Origin: Octopus bimaculoides
Lineage: Eukaryota
Direction of reading: 5' to 3'
Length of the DNA: 57,979 bases
NCBI RefSeq assembly: GCF_001194135.2
Contig: NC_068992.1
Span: 36,371,150 to 36,429,128, forward strand
In this document: positions 45,886-57,979 of the stretch, one piece after another
Numbering within the stretch: the stretch's first letter is position 1
Layout: each line of letters opens with the position of its first letter
Made by a program: the position numbers and the translations under genes
Notes under the pieces: model-generated
The model's input: the letters and a program-made list of their open reading frames with translations, nothing else
Databases searched by the model: none
What the model was told of the DNA's origin: nothing

Positions 45886-48800
45886 TGTGTTGCTCTTTTC
45901 GGATTTGTTCACTTACAATACTATAATTATTGTACAAGTATGTATATAAACATATATTTAAAGATAAAGATTCCTTTCCTCGTAACTACAACACATATAA
46001 AGAAAAATATTCACTTTATTACACATCCAGTACAAATTTATCCAGACTACATATTTCGCACATGAACACACGACACCAATTTTCTAATTATTTCAAATCC
46101 CAAAAGATAATATAGCGAAAGAAAAATCATTTTTTAGAAGACTAATCTTCTCAAAATATACCGTATAAAACACTTTATCGCATTTCCCAGCAGAAATACG
46201 AGATATAGCAACATTTATAGCAGGCGCTACAATTCAGATTACATCGCCAACACAAATTCATATTAGAAATAGCTCTTTCATTCCAAGGTCTAGAGCTCTT
46301 GCTTTCTTGAATCCTCAACTCCTGACTGAGTCGTAAGAGTATCGTCATGACAAACTCATCTTGACAAACCAATTTAGGAGGAAACTAACACTTAAGATAT
46401 AATGATTGACATTATAGAGTGCAAATAATCAATAATTGTCCATCAATGCAGTGTTTCACATATGGTAGCCTGTGAGGATAGAAAAGAGTCAAACATTTTA
46501 CCACATTTACTAAAATTAAGATGGTTTCAAACTTGTTAATATTTTCCAACACTTGATAAAGAAAAAGTAATTTTGTGGGTGCAAACTCTACCTTATCTTC
46601 TCATTAATAAAGTACAGGTAAGGAGAAAAATTGCCCAAATAGGACTGTTGAGAACCACTTGACTAGAAGACCAGCACTTACAGTAACCATAGCAGTAGAG
46701 TTAGCAGTTATTATAATTCTATGTAATGATTATTGCATAATGATTGAACGAGTGCTAACGTACTTAATGCACCCAAAATTCGACTAGTATGTTATGAGAA
46801 GATGGAAATATTAGCCTAAATACATATATTTATTTAATCTAAACTGAAACATGGCTCGTGGCGTCGCTGGACATGTATAAAAAGAAATAATCAATAAAAC
46901 GTTATATTGTGTGTAAGGTTTGCAGTACTTTCTAGATTAAGTGAATGTGAAGTATTTTTATGGTTATAGAAAAAATATACATGTTATTTTGAGAATTTAG
47001 TATAATCAGTAAAGAGAATTATCTAGGGAGATCAGCTACAGGAAATAATCATTGACTATTCTGTGATAACATGAGCAAAAAAAAACAAAAAAAAACAGAA
47101 AAAAATTATTAAATTAATAGAAATTACTGTTGCTAGGAGGAGAAGTAAACATAGCCATACTGGCTAATATTAACCTAACCTAGTAAAGAGGCGATAAGAT
47201 TGAAATTTTAATTTATTAACATTAAAATTACACAAACAGTGAGAAGAAGAAAGCATTTGCTGGGGGTGGGTTTAATATTCGTTAAATCTAAAATTTGGCA
47301 AATACAGTGTGAAGCCCGAACATGTTGCGTCCTGAAGCCGACTCTGTGAAGCATAGATTTTTTCCAGTGTTTGCCAAGTCCAGATTAAGTGGCTCAGCAT
47401 TCAGTCAGCAGTGCTTCGTGCAAATGACGATTTAAAGTAAATTCCTGCAGTTATTTTATTATTATACCAGTCTATGTACATTTCGTGTAACGTCTATTAT
47501 ACTAATCCTATATTGCAAGTTCTAGCAAGCAATAGCTTGAACCGAAACTTACTCCAAATTGCCATCGTAACTGCCAAAGCTCATTTTAAAATGATAATAA
47601 TCCACCATCTAATGTTTTCATTTCCTCAACTACATGGGTGATTTCAATATTAATAATAAATTTCGGATTTATAACTCGTTGAGTTTGACCGAAAGTTATC
47701 AGCATTAGAGAGGGAACCAATATTTTTTCTTCCTATTGTTACCGTAAGTGAAATTCTTTTGCTTGCAACATTAAGTTAGCACTCACTCAACTGTTGTGTA
47801 TGTAGAGAATTTCAAAGATAATCTTTAACAATGGTTTTATCTGAATTCCCTACTGGTCGATAAATCAATGTAACTGTGATAAGCTATACCCACAGTTATA
47901 AATAGTGCATATGATATGAGGCTACCGTTTAACAAATAATACACAGAAAAGATGAATAAACTCAAATAAACTTGATGGAATTAATGTTGCCGAGATACGA
48001 GATGAATGCTCTATTCTGCAAGTTTGTTGCGTGCGCGCGTGTGCGTGTGTTTATACATATGAAAGCAGATATGTATATAGAGATATATGTATATATGCGG
48101 GTGTATGCATATGATATGTACGCATGTCTGTACCATGTGGGAGGAAACTATACGTACATGTAAATGTGTTTTACCCCGTTGATAGAAACTGACGGTTTTG
48201 AGAAGTCTGTCGTACGTGAGCTGGGCTGCAGTTGTACTAGTCGAAGGTATAATCGTTAAACTGTTCTCTACATTTTATAGCAGTATGTAGGTTGCCAGCA
48301 AAAGTTGTAGGTGGGTCGAGGTTTTCATGGTTAGTCTGCTGTTCTCGTTAGTAGATGAAATGCTTATCGATACTATCTAGATATTTTGTAGCTAGTATAC
48401 TGTCCATCGCTACAACGAGACAACCAAGAGACACTGTGACATTCGGTACCTTTTCTGGTGTACTTAGTCTCTTGGTTCTGCCACCCTAAGCTCTGTTGCA
48501 TTCCGGGTAATCACTAGTATGATACCACTTTGTGAACTTTTCTCCTAGTAATCTCTTTTGTATGACCGGAGGCAATACTGACCTGGGTTGCTTGCTGCTT
48601 GGTCTAAGTAGTGATGTTGGCGCTTGCGCATTTGGGTGTATGAGCAAGCCGTTGCACTCTTCGATTGACCCGAGACACACTTGTCGATGTATGTGCTTTA
48701 GCTAATTGGTGCGAAAAGGTGAATATATAGGTACGACAGTTGGCACTAATTTGTTCGGTGTTAGACGACTTTGGGCAAAATCAATTTGTAGACCTACGTT

Positions 48801-51279
48801 CAAGTTATTGGGTTGCCGAGAATATAACAACATGTGATATTCAGTACATGATTGTAGCAGATGCCAATAAAATAATATTTGCCCTTATCATCACATAATG
48901 CTACATGTAATTGTAAACTATAAGAGAATTAATTCATTATTTCGACAAACATTTAAAGAATTGTGAATAATAGCTATTACAGACTGCTGAAAGAAATTGT
49001 TAAATGGGAAATACGACGTCCTGTAAATATTGACAACGTGATTTTTAGTTAGAATAGAGATATGCAATAGCCATTTGTGATGTATCTGAGGATTGTGTTG
49101 CTCTTGATAGTGATATTGTATGAAACCCCACCAAAGTATTTATATATTTGCTTATTCGGCATACCGATATAATAAAGCTAATCGCGAAATGCACATGTAT
49201 GTATGTATGGATGGATGGATGGATGGATGAATGGATGGATGGATGTAAATGTCTGTGATTGTGTGTGCGTATGTGCTCGATACATAAACCATGAATCACG
49301 AAATCTATTATCTTTATATTATAGAAATCTCAATAAATGTTATATATAATAATACACTACATGTCACTCTATACAGAAATGAAAAGAATAACCACATCCA
49401 CATTTATCCCTTTAATAATACCCTCTTACCGAAATAAGAGCATTTAAAAAAAAATATAATGAATGAACAAGAGCAAATACATAAATAAAATGTATTTACA
49501 TCCTTTAAATCACTACCATTTATATTAACGGACTTTTATAATCTAGCATTTTATATGTTTTTGTGACGGAATCCTTGAACACACAGCCTTTTATTATGTA
49601 GTCTTTTATAAAATTGGTCTCATTAGATAAGTTAGTCTATTAGTTTCAAAGACAGATACCGTATCAAAAGATGGATTTTGCGGCAAAATTGCTAGTTTTA
49701 GTAATTTTTCTTTCTCTTTAGAAAGCATAGGTGAAAACAGATATTTTTATGTTAACATCAAAAAGAGTACGTGCGTATGAATGCTGTCTTTGAGTTGTTT
49801 GTGTCTACTCATAAATGTCCACAAGTTAGTAATTATGTGAATATCTGTTTGTTTTCTTGTGCACTTATGTAAGTCTAGGTCTGTGTTTGTATTCGTAAGT
49901 AAACATACATACCCATATACACATATATGCATGCATATGCACATGTTTTCTTATATAAATGATGTATACACACACACACATTTATATGTATACACATGTA
50001 CAGACATGCACACACATATATAAGTTTGTCCATTAATGTATATAAATGTTCTTGTTAGCATGTGTAAGTAGGTGTATGTGTATTTGAAAATAGGTGGGCG
50101 AGAACTTGTGTGCATTTACATATTCAGGCATATGCATATCTGTATATTATTTTTGTGTGTTTATCTGGATATGTATGTGCGCATTGGTTATATTTGTGTT
50201 CGTGTGTGTACGTAAATGTATATATGTACTTCTTTATCAGAAAAATGAATTACAGTCGAATTATCGTAAAGTCTACATTCTTCATCTAATATTCCGGTGC
50301 CTTTATATTTTGCTTTATAATTTTATTGAAATAATGTATTGCAAATGTTTATCAGACCATAAATCGTCATATTTTCCAGCAAACTAGGGATTATAATCGC
50401 TTGTATTTTGTCTTTCCTCTTTTATATTGCTTCTGGGTATGACTCTAGTTGTTAGAGACCATAGCTATGTAGATAATCTAGGAATACATGATACTGTATC
50501 GGGAATAGAATTCAGCTATATCATGAGTGGAGTATTCTATATGCTTTCTATTGTTAGCACTGTAATTGCGTATCTTTGTGAAGAGAGTAAATCCATCGTA
50601 TGAATTTCATTCTCCGATTCTATGTTCGAAAAATAGCCTGGGAAAATTGTACAAATAGGCTCCAGTTTGGCTAAAAAAGGTTAATTATATTTTGATGTTA
50701 ATATGGTATTAATGTTACATATGTTGCTGCTGTGATGGAAAAAAGTATAATATTGCTGAGAAATAATGTAACTGTCAGCTATGTTATGATGTTAAGCAGG
50801 TGAGAGGCAATTTTTCCAGGAGAAGCTGCTAGTCCATGACAGGTAAATTTTTAAATCCTACATCCTTATAGTCTTCTCACACCTACTATAAAGATTGACC
50901 CTATATAAATACGGGGTAGCAAACAAATATGCATATAAAAATAATATAAAATGACTTCCTATAGTTGTCGTTCGATCGTTGCTGAAGACTATTTTCTCGA
51001 ACAGTGCATGACATCGATTGTCAAATACAATCAAGACAAGCAAAATGTATTTTAGCAACATGTAGCATTTTAGGTAGAAGTTATCGTACAACACTATAGA
51101 AAAATAGCTCAAGAAGTTTCAAGGGAATCTCTCTGTATATTGTAAGAGTCGTATTTCTCTGTTCATTCGTCACACGCTGAGAACAAGATTATTTTCAAGT
51201 AATATCTGTTTTTTATCTGTTAGTCATGAGCGAAAGCACTGTGCATAACACCACCTCATGACACCCAAGATGTGAGGTA

Positions 51280-53090
51280 ATAGTGTTAAGTTTATCACTC
51301 AAGAAGACCCTGATAGGATTTGAACTCAGAAATGAAAAAAGACAGAACAACACAGACATGAAAAAAGACAACAACAACTCAGAAATGAAAAAAGACAGAA
51401 CAACAAGACAGAACAACTCCTTCCCGATCCAACAATATTTTCAAGAACAAAACAAACTGATAGTTCAGAACAAGATTAATCATCAAAGGAAACTAGAAAG
51501 GGTGTAGTATGTCAGAAGACAGCATGCCATTAACACATTTCTAGAAAGTAACTCGCAATACCTGTAGTTTAATGAACGTGCAATATCGTCATTGCCACAC
51601 GCTGAACAAAGCATACTGGGTAAATATTGGCCTATTTTGATTTTGATGTGTACTGTAAATCTGGCCTAATCTCTATTCAATCTATTCAATAAGTACCAGA
51701 TTTACCTGATGTACTACTTCAATTCCTTTATTCACAACAAATGAAATATTTTAGAAGAAACATTCTGAAATCCAGCAATACTTTGGTTATATGTGACACG
51801 AAAGCAAATGCTCTTACAGTTTCTCGAAGCCTTTCCATGAACTGAATTCACTAAGTTGTTTACAGATTTTTTTAAACAACTAGAAATTCTGTTACTGGTG
51901 CGACATCCAGTTTGCAAACCTTCGTACTTCTGAGGTAAAAATTCGACACCATATGTAGAGAGTGGCTATTTCAATACTTTTCTGCATATCAATGTACCAG
52001 ACTTCAGTTTGTTTGATCGTAGCATAATCGAAACAATCAACAAACAGCAGACTCTACGTGCTGACCTGTGTTAAGGTCTAACAGATGCAGTTACCACAGG
52101 CAATGATAATTGGACTGGAAGACGGTACATTCTCTCAAAACTGTTCACAGATAGTTCAAGACATATGGCAAAGTACTACAAAGATGTAATGACTATCGTT
52201 GAGAAATTTAGAAGATTAACATTAAATTCAATCCAAACCTGAAAGAAATTACTAGAGAAATCAATATAAATGAAAGCACCGTAGATCATCCTGATATAAC
52301 TGCAAGAATTTTCAAACTGAAGTAGCAGCAACTGCTACAAGATTTCAGATCTAACATTTAGGAAAATCTTATGGCCCATGTGAGCTTAAGTGAATTTCTG
52401 TAAAAGTGGTTTATCTCATTGTTATTTTTAAGATAGAAAACAACCACAATACATGGTAATTATCAACAAATTGTCTCTGCTCGCCACTCAATATAATTCA
52501 TACACAAAGAAAGTAAATCACTCGGCGCTTCTAAGTTTGCTGATAAAAAATTTATACACAGCTGGTTTTCATGATTTGGTAGCGAAATACATGATATCTG
52601 CACCATGTGGTGAACAGAATGTAACTTCACTTCGTTGGTTCACGGTCTCTGTCGTACCTTTAGCAGTAATTCACTTTGCATGGAAGACATCAAATAATCA
52701 AACTGTTCCCAGGTAGTGCAATAAAGTTACCTAATTCCAGTTAGGATGATACACTCGTCGCAGTCAGGCCTTGTTTTCGTCTTTTCTGTTCATGAAGACA
52801 CACCAACATTCAAAGCTTCTTTTCTACTTGAAAAATAGCCAACGAGGGTTTACTTCACTCAGCCGTTGAATAGCACGCATAAAGCCCAAGGGACGTAACG
52901 CCTTTCACCAGCAGTGCTAATATGATCATTTTGAAAACACATATTGGTATATCATTAAGTTCAGGTCTACTGGACATGGAACAACAAGCAGTTGAAACGA
53001 AGAAAGCAAGATTAAAGAGTAACACAACGCAAGATTTGGCAGTATCATTAGAAGTATACTACACAACTCTGTAAACATGAATGCTTCATT
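51280..53090 (+). pseudogene. Decayed Helitron RepHel, N-terminal and Rep part
   Basis: MNVQYRHCHTL (zinc-finger-like), QTLRADLC*GLTDAV, SSRHMAKYYKDVMTIVEKF, VDHPDITARIFKLK and MAHVSLSEFL*K (compare LRAD.YKGL.DA, GSPRHM..YYQDAM.IV and DRPDIVAR.F.LK). Confidence 0.7.
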
Positions 53091-53096
53091 CTACCC

Positions 53097-53250
53097 CAGT
53101 GGTTCCCAAAGTGGGCTGTGTCGCCCCTTGGTGTAGAAGAGAGATCCGGCGTAGAAGAAAATTGGCCGGTAAAAGAAAGGAGGAGCTGGATGGCGATGCT
53201 CCCTTCTACATTTCAATGGTGCACTCTCAGGTTTAGTAAACAGTGCTTAA
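53097..53250 (+). mobile_element. 5' end of a hAT/Charlie-type transposon
   Basis: Starts CAGTGGTTCCCAAAGTGGG...CGCCCC, a typical Charlie-group terminus. Confidence 0.6.
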
Positions 53251-53312
53251 AAATTGGCCCGAAGAAAGTTTATGTATATATACATACATGCATATACATA
53301 TGTATATGTATG

Positions 53313-53406
<94 letters not shown>

Positions 53407-53998
53407 NNNNNNNNNNNNNNNNNNNNNNNNNNNNNNNNNNNNNNNNNNNNNNNNNNNNNNNNNNNNNNNNNNNNNNNNNNNNNNNNNNNNNNNNNNNNNN
53501 NNNNNNNNNNNNNNNNNNNNNNNNNNNNNNNNNNNNNNNNNNNNNNNNNNNNNNNNNNNNNNNNNNNNNNNNNNNNNNNNNNNNNNNNNNNNNNNNNNNN
53601 NNNNNNNNNNNNNNNNNNNNNNNNNNNNNNNNNNNNNNNNNNNNNNNNNNNNNNNNNNNNNNNNNNNNNNNNNNNNNNNNNNNNNNNNNNNNNNNNNNNN
53701 NNNNNNNNNNNNNNNNNNNNNNNNNNNNNNNNNNNNNNNNNNNNNNNNNNNNNNNNNNNNNNNNNNNNNNNNNNNNNNNNNNNNNNNNNNNNNNNNNNNN
53801 NNNNNNNNNNNNNNNNNNNNNNNNNNNNNNNNNNNNNNNNNNNNNNNNNNNNNNNNNNNNNNNNNNNNNNNNNNNNNNNNNNNNNNNNNNNNNNNNNNNN
53901 NNNNNNNNNNNNNNNNNNNNNNNNNNNNNNNNNNNNNNNNNNNNNNNNNNNNNNNNNNNNNNNNNNNNNNNNNNNNNNNNNNNNNNNNNNNNNNNNNN

Positions 53999-54033
<35 letters not shown>

Positions 54034-54134
54034 CAAGGATAAAATCTATATAGGATTTTATCAACTAGCTAGCATGTAAGCAAACCATTCAAGTTGAAAT
54101 TAATACAAAGTATTTAATTTTATACATATAATCA

Positions 54135-54269
54135 TAATAAGGGCAACTACTGAGTAGTGCCACATGCTACAAGAAGACGCCAAATGTTTCTAAAACTAAA
54201 TAAGGTAGTTTTAGAGCCTTTTGGCATCTTCTTCTAGCATGTGACACTACTCAATATTTGTCCTTATTA
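54135..54269. mobile_element. Fold-back MITE (63-bp arms, 7-nt loop)
   Basis: Arms 54136-54198 and 54206-54268 pair at 54 of 63 positions. Confidence 0.8.
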
Positions 54270-54297
54270 CAAATATAATTATATATGCATGTTTATT

Positions 54298-54520
54298 CTT
54301 TTACATGTTTCAGTCATTTGACTGCAATCATGCTAGATTGAAGGTTTTTAGTCGAACAAATGAATCCCAGGACTAATTTTTCTTTAAACCTAGTACTTAT
54401 TATACCACTTCCTTTAGCCGGACTGCTAAGCTACAGGGTCGTAAACACATCGACACCAGTTGTCAAGCAGTAATGGGGGACAAAGTCAGACACAAAGACA
54501 CACAGACATACACGCGCACG
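54298..54520 (-). mobile_element. Diverged SINE family A 3' part
   Basis: CATGTTTCAGTCATTTGACTGC...CTAGTACTTATT...CTGCTAAGCTACAGGG...GTTGTCAAGC. Confidence 0.75.
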
Positions 54521-54524
54521 CACG

Positions 54525-54579
<55 letters not shown>

Positions 54580-54618
54580 NNNNNNNNNNNNNNNNNNNNN
54601 NNNNNNNNNNNNNNNNNN

Positions 54619-54674
<56 letters not shown>

Positions 54675-55789
54675 GAGAGAGAGAAGATGAAAGAGAGATT
54701 GCTTTTAACTAAATTCGGTTTTTGTAACAACTACAATTTTGACATCAGCGTATTTCAGGCAACCGTTCCTTTCAGTTTGTAGTTTTAGGGGCAATTGTAA
54801 GAAATTCTTCATACCTTCCATAATTGGTATTTTGATGTTTGTTCTAATTAAACAACAGTACAATTATTTTAACGCATTTCTGATGAATATTAGTGTTAGT
54901 GATCATAACTTAAGTTGCTTTTCTTATAATAGATTATCTTATAATATATTTTTACATATTTTGAAAATTTTCAGCATCGGATAAAGTTTAGAATTTGTCT
55001 TCGTACAGTTGCTTTCAATATAAGCGTGACACAATGGTTAAAATAACAGTTGTTATAATAAATAACAGTTGGTAAAATAGCAGTTGTTATAAATATAGAT
55101 TACTATAATAACATTTCTTTTATCTTTGGTGGAATGTTGTAAGAAGTACACAACTTTACCGAAGCTCACCATGTAACCAGTCCGTTATTTTTTTTCTATG
55201 TTTACGACAAATATTTTTCAAATTTGTCTTAGAAACTCTATCATTACAAATTAAAAAACAAAATACATTTGATAATATATTTGCTGGATTTTCGGAATAG
55301 CTGTTTTATATAAATCGAAATTTCTTGTTTTGTCTTTTCGGGATTTTCCCACATTTTATAAGTACTCCACATTTCAAAACACGCGGGCAGATTTACTTTA
55401 AAATAAAACTCTTAATTCATGTGTTTGTTTTAAATGTCTACCCTTCCCCTCAACGTACCTTTGGAACATAAGCCACCAATATTTTCTTTGCTTCCTTATA
55501 ACTTTTCGTCATGTTGTAATATTCCACACCACGCTTTGAAACACTTGTAATGCGTATTTTTATAGAAAAAGTTCTGGAAAATTATCATGTATAAATCGGA
55601 ATTTCTGCATTTTTTTTTTTTTTTGTGGAGGATTTTAACCGTAAAAATTAAAATGAAGAGTGCAAATTTTTTCCTCCGTAAAAACGTGTATCAGAAGCGT
55701 TTTAAAATGTGGAATACTATAACCCCCATTGAAGATATATAGTGCAGTATATTTAGAATAATCAAATATAGTTCAGAGTTAGATGAGAC

Positions 55790-56916
55790 CAAGCAATAAA
55801 GTTTGTTTCTTGAATATGTTTGTTTCGTCAAAAATTAACGTTTGGTTCAAGAGCTATTGTTTGTAGGACAACTAGAAACAGATGGAAAAGAGGACATAAA
55901 ATATTTCGTACCTGAAGGATAGGTGAGACATTGGTGGTAGGTTGTCATCACTGCCCCGTCAATTTATACCTAGCGTGTTTACAGCGCACAGTAAACACCT
56001 GGTTGCAAATAAGCTAATTCTTAGACTTAACAAATTGTTGAGCACTGTTATCACAGCAATGACTAGAATCAAAACATGCTCTCAATTCCCCACTGTTTCA
56101 ACAGCTCTGTATTGAGATCGATGAAGGTTTCGAACATTTGTTGTTGCACTCAGAAATTCAATGGCTGTCTGAAAGTTTCTATTACCTTTCTAAAACTGTT
56201 GTTGAATTCTTGTAGGATTCTAATTATTTTTTGTTTTTGTCTTCTTTTTGTTTTTTGTTTTTTTTTGTGATGATCTAAAAATCATTAAGCATGACATTGC
56301 AGATATATTCACAAAGTCCAATGCACTTAATTTGAAACTGCCATGAAATGAGGTTGATGCTAAAATCAGCAGTCTCCATGTTTCTGTGCAAGTAATATTT
56401 ATTCAAAGCTGTCGTAAGTTTTTCCAGTTTCCGAGCCTCTCTGAACTGGAGAAGGGAAAAGCGCATACCAGAAGATGATATTCAGGTGTATTATTCACAC
56501 CTGGATGTGCTGCATAGATACATGCCTAGCAGATTTCAGTATATTTAGATTTGCTTAAAATAATAATTTGGGTGAGCCCCAAATATCAGTAATGAGAAAG
56601 CAAATATTGTGAAAGAAGAACTGGTTTCACCTTAAAATCGCATCATGTTGAAGTCAAAGTTCGAAAAATCATATTAGGATTTTTTATTACAAAAGGACAT
56701 TTCTGACTGCTACGCAGCACTGTGGAACAATGTCAAAATCTACTTTATTGTCTTTCCAATATCATATTTAGTAGAACTGGGTTTCAATTGCAGCTGTCCA
56801 GTTTCTTTCTAAGACTGGAAATTATTGAATGCGGGGATCTAAGACTACTTCTTAGAGCCTTTCAGTCTGATGTCGAGAAGCTGATATCCCTGTACAAAGT
56901 ACAACCATCGCATTAA
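55790..56916 (+). pseudogene. hAT Charlie/Buster-type transposase, C-terminal two-thirds
   Basis: HRKHLVA, LFQQLCIEIDEGFEHLLLHSEIQWLS, DIFTKSNALNLKL, FQFPSLSEL, ALWNNVKIYFIVFPISYLVELGF and ECGDLRLLL...DVEKLISL...PSH*. Confidence 0.85.
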
Positions 56917-57044
56917 AAGTATGAAAACAACGTAGTAACAGGTGAGATGCAAATTTACTCTTTCGTATTGTAAAAACTGCAAAATAATGGCTTAACTAGG
57001 TTAAGGTATGTTGAAATTCATTTCTAGATCTTCGAGTACAGTAG

Positions 57045-57780
57045 CTAATGGTCTCTAAATTAGGTGATAAGCTTTATACGTGTTTGCTAGAGATTGATAC
57101 GTCTATTGAGATTAAAGCTTCAGAAGCTTCTGTATCTCAAACAACAACGTCTCCTAGCGTTCTTTACACCATGCTGTTCAAAAGATGTGAGCAATCTAAT
57201 CTGCTTCAGCTTTATCTTAAGTATCGTAATGACCTTGCCGAAAATTTCAGGTGTCAAGCCTGAAAGGTGTATCCTAGAATAGAAAAAATGGGTTCACATA
57301 TAAGTCCTACTATGTAGCTTTCATCGAAATGTCGAAGGGTTTATGTAGCTCAAACTTTTTTTTAAATACATCTTTCTCTTAACCTAATCACACTGCTGTC
57401 AATCTAGCAAGAAAAATTTCGAAGAAGTCATCATATGTTATTCACACATTAATAGCCTATGCCATTGACAATGAATCCAACTTCACTGCAGATCAGAGAG
57501 CTATCCATTCTACTATTTTAGCAAGGCTCGATAACACGATTCTGTAAAGTACTTCTGCGTTATTCAGAATATAACTAGAAAGTCTATACTAAATAACTAA
57601 GGGCCTGTAAAATCAATCAAGATAGAAGTGTAGATATTGCAGTCGTTTCTTCAGTATTATAGCACACTCTTTTCTCGGGATCGCAGAGCACATTCTGCTT
57701 TGAAATTGCTCTTTGACTTGCTTGCGAAATTACCAAGAATTCGGAAAATGGACAAGTTATTAACCAATGCCAAATAATAA
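57045..57780 (+). pseudogene. Decayed Helitron RepHel continuation into the PIF1-like helicase
   Basis: SNLLQLYLKYRNDLAENF, FTADQRAIHSTIL and TLFSRDRRAHSALKLLFDL (compare TLL.GGRTAHS.LKLPL). Confidence 0.7.
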
Positions 57781-57948
57781 AAAATATATACTATTTACAC
57801 ACTAAAATTACGAAATATACTATTCGTATGTAGCACAATGCATTAGGTACCTGATTGTTTATAAACATGGTTGAAAGTAATATTTCATATGGAAATGAAG
57901 TTTTTAAGAAAAGTTCTATAGCTTTCTATTAAACAAAATATGCTTTCA

Positions 57949-57979
<31 letters not shown>

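Overview
Repeat-dominated animal genomic DNA from a gapped short-read assembly. It is AT-rich, full of (AG)n/(CA)n/(TA)n/(ATT)n microsatellites and has many N gaps. The two abundant tRNA-derived SINE families resemble those I recall from octopus, so a cephalopod source is likely (inference). I found no intact gene and no host exon I can support. The window holds decayed and often nested transposons. These are a near-full-length Tx1/L1-clade LINE (5750-11219) lying tail-to-tail with a full-length R4/Dong REL-type LINE (11228-14690), and two young R4/Dong 3' ends in (ATT)n tracts. There is also a Penelope-like element (PLE, 22556-28648) bounded by ~200-bp inverted repeats and interrupted by a mariner (23699-27010), which is itself interrupted by a Helitron (23748-26152). 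Further elements are a HERO-like LINE fragment, a Chapaev3-like DNA transposon with TIRs and TTA TSD (38675-40799), a second Helitron split by a hAT/Charlie element, MITEs and about 15 SINE copies. The main signals are RNA-level. A well-formed minimal type-I hammerhead ribozyme sits at 19598-19667. The PLE terminal repeat carries a hammerhead on one strand and a canonical branch point plus 3' splice site on the other. A hammerhead-like remnant sits at the 5' end of the R4 element. All family assignments and identities were made by eye, without database searches.
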